A stretch of DNA of 63,773 nucleotides, the filler included, from Chiloscyllium plagiosum (taxonomy: Eukaryota), in NCBI RefSeq assembly GCF_004010195.1. It is 4 parts of one record of this genome, joined end to end, with 100 filler letters (N's around TTAATTAATTAA, not from the genome) between each part and the next. Parts side by side here need not be neighbours in the genome. Positions count along the whole stretch, not along the records: positions 15,945 to 47,068 come from NC_057711.1; 3 more parts are not named here. One strand, 5' to 3'. Shown here piece after piece: positions 26,830 through 41,200 of this stretch. The notes beneath the pieces were generated by a model. It made no database searches and had not been told where the DNA came from. It worked only from the letters and a program-made list of their open reading frames with translations. Both the position numbers and the translations under genes were made by a program. How positions within the stretch are numbered: position 1 is the stretch's first letter; the number at the start of each line of letters is the position of its first letter.

Positions 26830-27505
26830 AACAAAGAGACCTTGGAGTGCAGGTGGTGAAAAAGGTGTTTGGTATGCTTGCCCTTATTGGACAATGCATT
26901 AAGTGTAGGAGTTTGGAGGTCATGATGAGGCTGGACAGGACATTCGTTTAGCCACTTTTGGAATACTGCATTCAACTCTGGTCTCCCTGCTGTAGAAAAG
27001 ATGTTATGAAACTTGAAAGGGCTCAGAAAAGAATTACAAGGATGTTGCCAGGGTTGGAGCGTTTGAACTATTGGGAGAGGCTGATTATTCTGGGGTTATT
27101 TTCCCTGGAGTGTTGGATGCTGAAGGGTGACCTTAGAGAAGTTTCTAAAATCACAAGGGACATGGATAGGATAAATAGGCAAAGTCTTTTCCTTAGGGTA
27201 GGGGAGTCTAAACTAGAAGGCATAGGTTTAAGGTGAGAGGAGAAAGATGTAAAAGGGACCTAAGGGGCAACTTTTTCATGCAGGGGGTACTGCGTGTATG
27301 GAATAAGCTGCCAGAGGAAGTGTGAAAGACTGATACAATTACAATATTTAAGAGGCAGATGGGTTAGTATATGAATAGGAAAGGTTTGGAGGGATATGGG
27401 CCAAATGCTGGCAAATGGAACTAGATCCGTTTAGGATATCTGGTCAGCATGAACAAGTTGGACTGAAGGGTCTGTATCCATGCTGTACATCTCTATGACT
27501 CAATG
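26830..27505 (+). mobile_element. CR1 LINE 3' fragment
   Basis: EYCIQLWSPCCRKD...RITRMLPGL; same tail as 24436-25455. Confidence 0.92.
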
Positions 27506-30165
27506 ATTGGAGGAGCAGATAGGCTGAAGACTACAGAGAGTGAAAGGTGAAATTTTGAAGCTGTTTAAGTTTTAGTAATATCAAATTAATATCAAATTTT
27601 TCATATTTTATTAGCACTCTGCACTCATACAATATAAATGTTGTTCTCCCTTTGGTGTTTCTTGATGAGTCCAGGATGACACATTTAGGCTGATGCTTCT
27701 TTTTTCAGCACTACTCATGAGTGTGCTGGTTGGGTAGGTTCAAAGGGTAGCCTCACCAATTAAAAAGCCTAGAACAAAGTGTGAAAAATCCCACAGCAGC
27801 CAATTGAAAGTGCTGATAAATTAGCAAGTGGTCTGGATTTACCGAGTTGTACATTTACATGTACTGAAAGCTCCGTATATTAGTACAGAAAGCACTGTTA
27901 TTTTGCAGACAGAAAGAATGTGTACCTACACTGTATAGATTTCAACTCAACCAAATGGATGACAACCATTCTCAGGGTTCATTTCTCAATTAGACCAATT
28001 AGAGTCAATCTGCCTGGGTTGAAAATTTAAAAAAGCTTGAAGGTTAATTGCCAGTCATCATTAACTGATGCATTTCCCATGGTAACACCTCTATTAATCA
28101 GCCATATTCAAGTTCTGACTCTTCAATTACTGAACATCTATAATGGACTCATCTAAACCTTTGATGTTTCCACAGATTATAGTTCATTTTTTTTGTCTCC
28201 ATTCAGCCTTTTGAGCTGTTTGCTTCAGTGTTAGGCTGTCTTTTGTGCAAAATATCCTTGCAGCTTTTTATCATGCCCTCTGACAGCAATGCAGTTGCAA
28301 ATGTCCTTGTCTTCCATTACACTATACTGACAAAACTGGCTTGTCTATATCAAAATCTATAGCAATTATTTAATGATTCCCCTGGCAATTGTGAGGCTGA
28401 TCATGCTCACTCAATTATATGTTCAGTTTTGGCCTGCAGTATGCAGCAAATGCTATTGGGATAGCTTCAAAATTGGCAAAAGTCTATTCTATCCCCCATC
28501 TCTGAAGGACATTGTCTTCAATGAAACTTAGTACTTCTGTTGTTTGACAAGCAACACCTCCTTGGCCTCTCTGTGGACCTTCAGAAGTCTCAAACAGCTG
28601 TGGAGGAGGCAATGACTGTTCAACTGGTGCTGACATCAAGGGTCAGTTAGACTTGAAACGTCAGCTCTTTTCTCTCCTTACAGATGCTGCCAGACCTGCT
28701 GGGATTTTCCAGTATTTTCTCTTTTGGTTTCAGATTCCAGCATCCGCAGTAATTTGCTTTTATTAAGTTTTTTGATTCTTCTTTCGAAGAAGTCTTCATC
28801 CAATTTCTATCCATGGAATTTGTCCATTGCATTATTTTGTTATGAGATTGGTGTTACAACTGCTTTCAACTATAGTTTTTGTTTTGACTCCACTTTTGAA
28901 TAATGTTTGGATCTCTCTTCAGGTTATTTGGAGTCTGATCTACATTAGGAGTAGTTCTGATTCTGGTAGTTATTTGCATAACTCCTTCACTTACACCTTA
29001 GTATATTTAACATCTCAAAGAAAATTCAAATCTTTCTGGTACAGATTATTCCCTTTCCCTTTTCTCTCTCCAGTATATGACTGCTGATATCACTACTACA
29101 ACATAATATGCATTGCATTCTCATTATCTTATAATATGTATAGGGCATTTTAAAGGATATTACAAAACTGTTATCAGCACCAAATTTAAATCACAATTTT
29201 ACAACCTAATCTTTTCTAATATTCCAAGTACTTCAATAAATATTTTGCTGCTGCCTTTGTCTGTAGCTCTCCCTATTTGAATGTTATTAGTATACTTGAC
29301 AAATCACTAACATCTAAGCATCGATACCTCTGAAAGTCCAAGAATCCTTTGTTGAACCACAGGGAGATCTAAATCCTTACTGATAACTTGCTTGTCATTT
29401 CTTCCAGAGTACTGGCCTCCAGAATCAGTTCCACTTGACCAATATCCATTTAATCTGACTCACATATCCTCATAATATAAAACACTTAACCACCTCCTGT
29501 TTTCCAGTTAGATATTGTTAAGGTCATTTGATTTCCTCTCTGAAATGTGATATTTTTGTCACCCTCCAATTTCTTCATTCTGTTTCCTTTCAATGCTGTT
29601 CATCTGCAGTGTTTTCTTTTTCCATTTCTAACTGGGAGTTTATGCCTGAAATATTAACTAATCTGATCTCTCTCTAGTGGCTTATTGACTTGCTGAATGT
29701 TTCTTATATTATCTGCTTTATTTACTGATTGTATCAACTGTAGGTTTTTTTTGGTTGATTTTTTTAGACTTGGACTGTAAGGTGTTTATTGTCTCATTAG
29801 ACCTCTGTTCACAATGCAATATTGACATTAATTTTCAGTGTTACCCCATATTTGCAAAAATGTTATTGAAATATTCACCTGGAACAGCATACCATCAAGC
29901 TTACTATCCAGCACTTTTGGTAATTTAATAGTTTTGTGAGATGAGGGAAAATGGAAATAGAGAGAAAATCCGAGGCATCAATATACACTCAGATTGGGGA
30001 AGTATGAAATTACAAGGTGGTGGTGCTGGAGGTAGTTCAGATAACTGGGTTAAGGAAATCAAAGATGGCTGTCTGGACTGTCAGAAATTGGGATAGGTTA
30101 GGGAATAGGCACTCCAGGACATTGTGGAAGACCAGCTATTGTGTGGATGTCAAAGTTTAGTAATT

Positions 30166-30184
30166 GGGGGGGGGGGGGGGGGGG
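30166..30184 (+). repeat. Poly-G run (19 nt)
   Basis: Read directly from the sequence. Confidence 0.9.
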
Positions 30185-30792
30185 AAGGCGGGTGAATCAA
30201 GATCAAAGATGGAATTGAGGATTGTGAAGAGAGATGGGTGTTCAGCTGATCATGGGCATGTAAATGAGGTAGGTTTTTGAGCTGGAGGAAAGTGTCTTGC
30301 TCTCCGTGGCCCTAAAACAGTTCTGTAAATGTACTCAACTCATGGAGCCAGGCATTCATCAAATTTTGATGAGGTTCCCAAGCCACAGCAAATCCAGCCA
30401 AGTTGTGTTAAAATGGAGTCATGGAGCCTCTTTAAAAGATTTCACCAATTGACCTGCCTACTAAAAGCAAATTGGTCACTTGCTTTCCAACTTACCTGTC
30501 ATAAAATGCCAAGTGAGTATATTCAGGGTGGCATTTTGATTTTACCTTTCACTTCATTACCATTCATCTGTCCTTGAGGTGAGTAATACTGCAGCTTCTG
30601 ACATGCTGATGTAGCCACATTATTTATATGACTGATCAAGTTCAGTTTCCGACTAATGATAACCCCAGGACATTACTAGTTCGGAATTCAATGTGGATGA
30701 GGCCATTGTATGTCAAGAGGTGCTAGTTAAATTCTCTCTTAGAGATGATCATTGCTTGGCACTTGTATAGCATGAATGTGTAGGATGAAAGT

Positions 30793-31200
30793 TGGCACGA
30801 TGGCTCAGTGGTAGCACTGCTGCCTCACAGTGCCAGTGACCTGGGTTTGATTCCCTCCTCTGTGTTGAGTTTGTACATTGCACTTGTGTCTGTGTGGGTT
30901 TCCTCCCACAGTCCAAAGATGTGCAGGTCAGGTGAATTGGCCATGCTAAATTGCCAATAGAGTTAGGTGCATTAGTCAGAGGGATAATGGGTCTGAGTGG
31001 GTTATTCTTCAGAGGGCTGGTGTGGATTTGTTGGGCTAAATGACCTGAAGAAGGGCTTATGCCCGAAACGTTGATTCTCCTGTTCTTTGGATGCTGCCTG
31101 ACCTGCTGCGCTTTTCCAGCAACACATTTTCAGCTCTGATCTCCAGCATCTGCAGCCCTCACTTTCTCTAAATGACCTGTTTCCACACTATAGGAATTCT
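30793..31200 (+). mobile_element. HE1-like tRNA-derived V-SINE, interrupted at 31044-31168
   Basis: A box tggctcagtggtag, B-box-like gggtttgattccc, V domain, tail tttccacactatagg. Confidence 0.88.
31044..31168 (+). mobile_element. Penelope-derived short element inserted into an HE1-like SINE
   Basis: ctgaagaagggcttatgcccgaaacgtt core; flanking duplication ctaaatgacctg. Confidence 0.82.
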
Positions 31201-34200
31201 AATGTTATTTGTTGCTGTCAGCACAAGTTTGGACATTGGCGCTGAAAATGTGTTGCTGGAAAAGTGCAGCAGGTTAGGCAGCATCAAGGAGCAGGAGAAT
31301 CGACATTTCGGGCATGAGCCCTTCTTCAGGAATCAAGGAGCAGGAGAATGGACGTTTTGGGCATGAGCTTTTCTTCAGGAAATGTCCTGTCTTCATCTTC
31401 TAGACCATCCATAACCTCATCAACATCTCGCAGACCATCCATAACCTCATCAGATGCTGCCTGACCTGCTGCGCTTTTCCAGCAACACATTTTCAGCTCT
31501 GATCTCCAGCATCTGCAGTCCTCACGTTCTCCTCCAAGTTTGGATATTGTCAAGATCATATTATATTTGGACATGGGCTACTTCAGTAGCTGAGTCATGA
31601 ATGATGCAATGTGTGTGATTTATATGTTTTCATATCATTTATTTTAAAGTTGGTCTGTGTATGTGAGAGGTTTTAAAGATTAATTTGTCAGTAATTATGG
31701 AGGCCTTTTTTTAAACTAAGAGAGAGAGGGGGTGGGAAGGGTTCCTGGAGTGATAATGAAATTTGTTTGCACAGGAAGAGTTTACAATCAGATTGAATAA
31801 ACATTGAAAAGCATTACCGTTTTCAAATCTAGAATAATGAGGATTTTTTTTGCTTAAGTGACTAACTCATAGCTTTCAGTTTTCAGCTTACAGAAGTCCT
31901 GGTTGGAGTTGGATGTACAAACATAATTTCTCCTCAAGAAAGGAGATAGTTCAGTTATGATATAACAATTCATTTTGTTTGAAAGTTCCAAACCAGAAGT
32001 GTTTGTGTAGAATCCTCAAAGGGTTATTTGAAGCTGAGAAAGTCTAAGCTCAGTTGGACAAGAGTCAAAAACAATTGCTGAACCACATAATTAACAATGT
32101 GTATATGTATAAAGCTGTTAACACCTTACAATAAACATCTTTGGATTAAAAACCCAAAACACTAGGTCATTTTGTCTTTGGAATACATATAGGATGATAT
32201 ACTACTTTTGGAAGACTTAAATCAAACTTTCCTAAAGAATATTGGTGACTCATCTGAAACTAAATATGACAGAGACCATCTGGTTAACTGTCATCCAGGA
32301 AATTACAAATTAGTCACTGGAATAAGTGTCACAGTATTAGCTGAAAAAAATCCTCTTGTTGAATAGAATCAAAGCATAACTGTCTGACAGAGAATTGCAT
32401 GGCTCAGGCCACTCAGAATCAAAGGAATACTGAGACTAGTCTTAAACTACAGAGACCAATACTTTGTAGAATAAATGTATGTTATCAAAAGCCAACACTT
32501 CTTACTTCTGAGTAGAAGGCATTCTTTTCTTGTAAAATTCTATGTACATTGAAGAGCTTCAACAAGCTCAGAAGCAAATATCACTGATTATCACAACTTG
32601 ACTTGACAAGAGGAAGACTTCATATGCTATTTGAGACTAGTTATGTTGATGTTCAACAACTTTTCATGAGTAAGAGATTAGACAACAATTTCACAAGTTT
32701 GGCAGAATCTTTCAATTATCTTTCAACTGTGGACAAATCACCCCAATCTGATCATCTGATGTCCTTCATCTCACAACTATCTAGAATTAGTTGTGGACCC
32801 TTGGTGCAGTCATGTCAGCTGTTTAGAGGAAGCTATACCAAAATAGGTCAGACAGCTTTACTGTCTAAGATATAACATGATACAATGACAAGGTTATTCA
32901 AATGAACATGGATGAGAATGGAAGCCACATGTGAGTCTAACTCATTGAAACATCATATCGTGGAGATTATTTCTTTCAGAAACATTCCTATCCTCTTTGT
33001 CATGGTCTGAGAAACTAAGCATCCTCCAAGGGAAGCAAAATGGAACAACTGATGCCTGAAAATATCCTTTGTAAGGGTATTTGGGGAAATAATGATCCAC
33101 CAAGATGGCAGGGTAGCAACAACTGTACCTAAATATTTCAATCTCAAGCATCAGATTTCTAATCTGACCAAATTCAAATGATTTATAGAGCCAGAGACTT
33201 GGTACAAATGAGGTAATGATAAATCTACTTTACTAATTTGGAACGATTGTTGAAAAAATTTAATAAGCAGAAAAAATGCTTGGAAGTTGAAGAGAGTAGG
33301 TATAAGGCAGTTTGTGCCTGAAAGGGTTAACTAACATCACAGAATAATCCCCAGCCATCAAGTTATAAAGGACTATTCCTGAGAGGAGTTGGCTACAATT
33401 CTGGATGTTCAGTTGTCACTAAGCTGTGGACCAGAATGCTTCGGTAGCAGTTATGTGTATTTTATTTAAGTTGAGCATGAAGTCTCATAAGAGACAACAA
33501 TGCATCTCAGATGTAAATAGTTAATAAGTACAAAGTAATAAACCTTTTACTGTTTATCAAGTTTAAACCTATGTGCCACTGAAGATTTCTTGTGGGTATC
33601 ATTCTCCCCATGGCATTAATATTAACAAGTAACGTTGGTGGCAGTGAGTCAGCTGAAAGGCTGCACAGTCACAACATCATTAAATGTTGGCAACACTGCC
33701 ATCTGACATCATCATAGATTGACTTCTTTTTCTGGTATCACTCTGTCAGCAAAGTAAAAATTTGAACCTCATGGATAATGCAAGATTTTTTTTCACTCAT
33801 AGTGATTTGACATTATACGAAATTTCATTAAGACATACTTTAATTTAGTGTTACATATTGCAAGGATTAACTTTGCAGAAACATTCTCAGATCGATTTGG
33901 TTTAAATATTATCTTCCTCTGATAGTTGAAACCATATTTCTAATTAGACTAAGCCCAGGCAGATGAGTAAACATCATTAACCATCCAGATATGTCATTTC
34001 CTACCCATGGAGAATGTATTTCTCAATGGATGGGCCAACTTTATCTCTGACTCATCAGGAATTACCAAGAATTTTAAACGTTCTAATAAAATTAAATGAC
34101 TGAAGGTATACAGAAATTCCCTGCATTAATGAAATATAACAACTCCCTTAAGTAGATCAAGTGAACTTCACTATCATCCATCCCATATTTACATGAATGC

Positions 34201-35304
34201 ACATCAGTGCATTTAAAGACAATAAATTACCATATAGTATACCACAGTTGACAAGGGATGCCCACTAAACTCCTGACTTTTCTACAAAGTGAAATACATG
34301 TTTTTTTTGGCATATGGAAATGATTTATTACTATTTGCACCATCATATCATTTTTTACATTAAAGTCTTCATCATGTGATTCTTTGTCCTTTTCAGCATT
34401 TGGTGTAATGTATCCTAATCTCAAATCTCTTCAGAATCACAACCATTGATTCCTTCCAGCATAATCGTGCCCCATTATAGGAATGATAATGGTTGATCTG
34501 CTATAAATATTGAAAGGACTTGCGTTGGCGATATTTATCTTATTATTGCAAGAAATAAAATCACACAGCATATTTAAAATAGTAACAGCTACATTCTCTT
34601 TGAACAATATTTTATATGCTATGAAATCATGAGCTTGTGAATTTACAAGATAATGCAGCTGTCTCATTTTTCTGAAGTTTTTTTTTAAACTAAAGACAGC
34701 AGTAAGACAGTGAATCAGCAAGTACCTTAAAAAAGAAATCATCCTTGATAGGAAATATTTATGTTCACATTAAATCAAAAATAAAAAGCTCTGTGTCCTT
34801 CTTCCCAGTTACTGAAAGCCCACCTTTTAGATAATGTTTCTCATGGGCATTTTAGAACCTTCCAGGTCCACTATCTGCTTCAAGCAGCTGCAATCTCAGG
34901 TTGATATCCTGCCTTATGCATTTGATTGATTTTGTTTAAGTATTAATTTTAAAGTCAGTCCATTAATCCCTCTATCAATATTGGCTGAGGTGATAAAAGT
35001 TAACTGCGGCCATTTTAGGATTATAGCACCCTGAAGAATAGTAGCACAAAGCTATTTTTCATAAAAGGAGCGGAACACACAGCAAAGTCCAACACTTGTT
35101 TCTTCTCTATTACCCTTGATATGGTGTAGGTAGATATATTCTGTTTCAGCTGCTTCGTCGAGTAATTCTATACAAGTCTAATGTCACAATGTTTTGAACA
35201 GTTTTAGATATGTTATTCATATAAAATATAGTTGTCACTAATTCATCTGTTTTGAATACACTAGAAACAGTTTTGTTTTTTGCAACTATTGTGTAATTAC
35301 ATCA

Positions 35305-35815
35305 GAACATAAGGACAGGCATAGGCCATTCAGCCCCTCAAGTCTGTTCTATCAATTAATGCGATCATACCTGATCTGTGGCCGAATTCAATACACCCAT
35401 CTTTGAATATATCCCTGAATACACTTGCTTAACAAAAACGTATCTCAGATTTAAATGAATAACTGATCTAGCATCCACTGCCATTTGTGGAAGAGACTTT
35501 CAAACATCTCCACTGTTAGTATGCAGAAGTGCTCCCGAATACCTATCCTGAATAGTTTGGAGCTAATTTTTAAACTATGCCACTAGTTCCAGAATCTCCA
35601 ACCAGCAAAAATAGTTTATATACCCTGTCTTTTCCTATATCTTAAAGCCTTCATTCAGATCTAAATTCTAGAGCAAACAGGCCTAATTTGTATAATATTT
35701 CCTCATAACTTAACCCCTAAAGTTCAGGTATCATCTGTGTATACGCAAGTTGTACTCCCTCCAAGGCCAATGTATCTTTCCTAAGATGTGGTGCCCAGAT
35801 CTGCTCACTGTTCAT
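35305..35815 (-). mobile_element. Old CR1 LINE 3' fragment
   Basis: Reverse-strand CR1-type tail (ataggccattcagcccctcaag) and tgcccagatctgctca (EQIWA) remnant. Confidence 0.7.
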
Positions 35816-37048
35816 CCATGCTAGAAGTATGAGTTTGTTGCAGTAGATTTTATAATCACATGGCAATCTTCTTGGTTACCAAGGCTCCCTGGTACATTGA
35901 AAGTATTAATGAAATCTGTGAGCGAAAATGTTGTAATTTACGAAATGGAGCTTGTCAGATCCAGTCCAACCAGCAGTATTCAGAGAGATGATTCTTTCCC
36001 TTACAGAAAGAAAACATTTTGGTTTCCTCTTAAAAGCATCAGCTGCAGTCAGAAAATATGGCTGTGAAGAGCAACATAATTGAAACTGGCCTGTTTTAAT
36101 ATGAAACCCTTGAGGCCTTTTGATGAAAGTGTAACAAATGTGAGAGACTCATTTGGAGAAAAGAGCTGCCTAGTAACCGGCTGGCATGCCAGCCCAAATA
36201 ATCAATGATCTTGAGGCAGCAACACTGGGTGTAGTATTTTTCCTTAGTGGGAGGATAAGATGCCATTAGAGAGAGAAAAAGGGATAGAGTATAAGCCCCA
36301 TCAAATCCTCTGCCCCATTCTAAATGATCATGAATGATATTGGGTTCCAACTTCCTGCCTATTCCTCAAAGACTTTGATTCTCTGAGAAGCCAAGAGTTT
36401 TATCAAACTCTGAAATAGAGTCAATAATGGTGCAACCACAACCTTCTGGGGTAGAGATTTCACATTTTACAATCTTTTGAGTGAGGACATTTCTCATTTC
36501 AGTGCAAAATGTTTGATCCCTTGTCCAGGGATAGTGTTGCCATGTTCTAGAATTGAAACTAGCTCTCAATGGTTCCCCTATCAAGCCCCTTCACAGACTT
36601 GAATCTTTAAATGAGATCATTAGCCAAATATATTGACAGGGGGATAGAAAACATGTATGAATATAAATTACTGTTTGTAGGACTAAGAGGGTAATAATAG
36701 GAGGAGATTTTAACTATCCTAATATCAACTAAGCTTCAAACAATATAAGGGGCATTGAGAGTGGAAAATTCATGTACTGCATCCAGGATTTTTTTTAAAC
36801 AATACCTGACAAGCTCAGTAAGAGGAGCTCAATTCTTGATTTAGTTAGGGAAATGAAAATGGGCGAGTGGGTGAAGTGACAGTGGGGCGACCATATTGAG
36901 AATAGTGACCACAATTCGTTTAGATTTAATATTATTGTGGAAAAGCTAAATTAGGAGTAAAAGTTTTGAACTGGGGGAAGGGAAATTTTACGAAACTGAG
37001 AAGTCTTTTGACTGAGGTGCACTGGACAGGGCTGCTAAAGGATAAAAT

Positions 37049-37268
37049 CACATTCTCCCCATGTCTGCGTGGGTGTCCTCTGGGTGCTCCAGTTTCCTCC
37101 CACAGTCCAAAGATGTGCAGGCCAGGTGAATTGGCCATGCTAAATTGTCCATAGTGCTAGGTGCATTAGTCAGAGGGAAATGGGTCTGAGTGGGTTACTC
37201 TTTGGAGGGTCGGTGTGGACTGGTTGGGCCGAAGGGCCTGTTTCCACACTGTAGGGAATCTAATCTAA
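37049..37268 (+). mobile_element. HE1-like V-SINE, 5'-truncated
   Basis: V domain and tail gggcctgtttccacactgtagggaatctaatctaa. Confidence 0.88.
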
Positions 37269-38038
37269 TAATTTAAGGGGCTGAACTCTCCCATATCCCA
37301 GCCCACTACCACACACACACCAGGCCTTATTATCACATAGTCTGCCACTACATAATACTATTGTTAGCCATTAACAGTCTCCACTAACAGCTAATCACCA
37401 TCCCAGCCAGATCATTATCAACTCCTTTGTCTGTCCAACTGTTTTTCTCTCTCTTTGGGCTCTATTGCCACTTATCATTTACTCCTTACACCATCCCCCC
37501 ACCCTGTTTTCTGCTTATAAACTGCCATTTTCCTAGCTACCATCAGTTCTGAGGAAGGGTCGCCAGACCCAAAATGTTAACTCTGAATTCTTTTCACAGA
37601 TGTTGCCAGACTTGCTGACCTTTTCCAGCAACTTCTGTTTTTATTTCAGCAAATTCTTAGAATCAGAGTCGAGAGTGTGGCACTGGAAACGCACAGCAGA
37701 TCAGGCAGCATCTGAGGAGCAGGATCTGATTAAGGGTTTATGCCCAAAATGTCGACTGTCCTGCTCCTCAGATGCTGCCTGACCTGCTGTGCTTTTTCAG
37801 CACCACTCTCTTGACTCTGAACTCCAGCATCTGCAGTCCTCACTTTCTTTAAATTGTTAGAATCAATCTTGAGAGAGCAGATAAAATGTCATTTAGAAAA
37901 GCATGGACTAGTCAGGCATAGTCAGCATGGCTTTGTTAAGGGAGAGTCATTAATTACAAATTTGATTCAATTCTTTGAAGAAGTGACAAGGAGGATAGAT
38001 GAGCGTGGTGCAGAAGATGTTGTCTGGCATGTTGTTTT

Positions 38039-38218
38039 AGCTGAAAATGTGTTGCTGGAAAAGCGCAGCAGGTCAGGCAGCATCCAAGGAGCAGGGGAAT
38101 CGACGTTTCGGGCAGGAGCCCTTCTCCTGCTCCTTGGATGCTGCCTGACCTGCTGCGCTTTTCCAGCAACACATTTTCAGCTCTGATCTCCAGCATCTGC
38201 AGTCCTCACTTTCTCCTA
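38039..38218. mobile_element. Palindromic Penelope-derived short element inserted into CR1
   Basis: Inverted arms; flanking duplication gcatgttgttttag. Confidence 0.82.
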
Positions 38219-41200
38219 GCATGTTGTTTTAGTCAGGCATTTGACAAGGTGTCACATGGCAGACTGGTCAAAAAAAAAAGACCATGGGATACAGGGTAAT
38301 GTGTCAAATTAGATCCAAATTTGACTTGAAGCAAAGGGTAATGGTTGATGACTGTTCTTGTTGAATGGAAAGCTGTTTCAAATGGTATTCAGCAGGGATG
38401 CGTTTGTTTTATACATTAACGATTTGGACTTGAACTTGGGGACAACTTGCAATTGACACAAAAATTGGCCATATAGTGGACAGTGTAGAGGATAGCTGTA
38501 AGCTCCAAAATAATACAGATGGGTTGATGGAGAGGGCAGGAAAGTGGCAGATGGAGATAAACTCTGATAAGTGTGCAATAAAGCAATTAGGACGGTCAAA
38601 TAGGGAATACACAAATGGCAAAAGGGAATATACAATAAATGGGAATATACTGAGAAATCTTGGTGTGCATGTGTGCAGGCTCCCTGAAGGTAGCATATGA
38701 GATGCTCTCCTTCATTGGCAGAGGTACAGAATACAAAGGGAGGGATATAATGATGAAACTGTTCAAGACACTGGTGAGGCCACAACTGGAAGTACTATGT
38801 ACAGCTCTAGTCATTACACTATAGGAAAGATGTAATTGCTCTGGAGAGAATGCAGAGAGGATTCATTAGAATGTTGCCAGGCCTGGTGAATTGTGGCTAT
38901 GAGAAAAGATTGGAAATGTTGGGGTTGCTTTCCTTGGAACAGAGAAAGCAGAAAAGGGTGTTATGACTGAACTCTACAAAATTGTGAGGGGTGGAAATAA
39001 AAGTAGACAGGAGGAACCTGTTTCCCTTGGCAGAGAATTCAAAAACCAGAAGTTATAGATTCAAACTAAGTGGCAAAGGATAAAACGAACATGAATAAAA
39101 ATGTTTTAGTGCAGAGGGTGGTGGGTGTCTGAGATTCATGGGCTGAGTTGGTGGTGGAGGCAGAAACCCAGAAGTTTTTACAAAATACCTGAATATGTGC
39201 CTTTGATGCTGTAAGCTGTGGGACTATGGGCTATGTGCGGGAAAATGGGATTAGAAAACACATTTGAATGTCTTTGGGTTGGCATGGACAAGATGGGCCA
39301 AATGGCCCCTTCTGCGCTGTATCATTTCTTTGGTTCTATCACCTCTTATTTATCTAAATTCCAGAGTGTCCAGGACTAATTTACACAACCTCTCATCAGA
39401 GGACAATGCTCTCATTCCAGGGATAAATTTTGTGAACTTTCACTGTAGTGCTTCCAATGCGAGTATATCTTTCCTTAAAAAGAAAACCACACATTATCCA
39501 TAATACTCCAGAAATGGCCTCAGCAAATTCCTTTACAATTGTTACAGGACCTCCATGGTCTCATGCTTCAAACCAACTGATCTAAGGGCCAAAATGTGAC
39601 TTGCTCAATAATAAAATAATTATTATTTTAGCACTTTCCCAATGATTATTTCTCTGTCTCACCTCTTCCTCTTTTCACGTGATAGGGTAGAGGAGAAAGG
39701 AAACAAGTGCATACCTGTCAGCCTATGTTATGATTCCAATGCTTAGGTGAGGAGTTGATATATTTTTTGTCTTTAAGTGCCTTTGAGTATAGAAGCTTAT
39801 GACATGTGCTCCATCGTTAGTGACCGCCATGAGAAACAGAAAATGTCAGAAAATGTGCAGTAGTGCATCAAAAGATATCACCACACTGCTGACAGGAAGA
39901 TTTTATGGAATGAGTGGCATCTCAATGATGATCTGCAAAGCATCTCCACAGAAAAGTGAGGGACAAGTTGATGAACAAACATGAATATGACCAAAAGAAG
40001 TAGGAGCAGAGCAGACCACTGATACTTCACACTGACTCTATCTCTGCGACTGTATCCACCTTCCACCAACTCTTATGCTCTACTACTCTCAATGCTGTCT
40101 GCAACATTTCTCCATTCATCCTTATGTGTCCCAACCCAGAGATCACTAAATCTGCTTGCCCTCTGTGCTGCCTATGCACTCGTTCAGGACACCTCTCCAC
40201 ATGCCATTGCCATTCAATTTGGCTTTCATAATACCTGTCTGTCTCTTCTTGCAGGGAAGACACACATAAAATAGGGTGGAAAGTCTCAAGAGGAATGGTG
40301 TGCTCCCTGACATTCAACTACTCACCCATTGTCAGGAGATGATTTGGAATCTGTTCATTCCAGGCATGGTCAGGACTGCTATTAGAGGCTGCCTTTGACT
40401 TATTGAACTAAGAAGTCCTGCATGAAGGCCTCTGATTCCTTCAAAGGATGCAAGACAAAACACATAAAGACAATAGAAGGTAATGCAAGGCAGTGATACT
40501 GTGAGCATAAAATTAGAATCAAAATGAGGGCACACTATGTCAGTGAGCAAAGAGCAGAGTGCCCGCTGGTTCTAGATTCTCCCCTCAGGAGAAACATTCT
40601 TCCATAACCAAATGGTACATCTACTCAGGATCTTATATGTCTCAATAAAATCTAAACTCCAAGTGGATACAAGCTGAAATAAAAACCGTTAATCAGAAAC
40701 AAAAACAAAAATTGTTTGAAAAGCTCAGAAGGTCTGGCAGCATCTATGGAGAGAAATCAGAGTTAACATTTCAGGTTGAGTGACGCCTCCTCAGAACTGA
40801 GGAACCGTACAAGGTTGGCCTGCCCAACTTCTTGTCATAAGACATTCCACCCATATAGGTCTATAGGTCTACTAAACTTCCTCTGACCTTCTTCCAGCAT
40901 ATTTACAACTCTCCATATTAAAGAGACCGTTACTATACAAAGTATTTCAGATCCAGTTTTAGCAATGCCCTGGAGAATAATTTGTCTATATCCATCACAT
41001 TTTTCATAATGCTAGCACATTTTAATGTGGCAAAATATCTGACCTGTTTAATTTCTCTGTGAGCAAGATAATCCCGTTCTCATTGCCATTATCAGAAATT
41101 GTTGCAAACCTTCTATTCACTATCATAAGTTTCATTGCTGTTGATCCCTGTTATTCAATTAGAAATACTTGCACTGTTAATGAAATTAGGATCTCCAAAT

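Larger units (their letters stand above)
36625..39340 (+). mobile_element. Fragmented CR1 LINE interrupted by a SINE and Penelope-derived inserts
   Basis: IIGGDFNYPNI and SDHNS remnants (36690-36920); LESILREQIKCHLEKHGLVRHSQHGFVKG (37854 on); LVRPQLE; 3' tail near 39330. Confidence 0.85.

Noticed and set aside
30793..30860. tRNA-like A and B boxes
   Set aside because: SINE head, not a tRNA gene; it continues into the V domain.
31610..33640. Possible very old LTR element
   Set aside because: Only vague LTR-like ends; no motif could be supported by eye.
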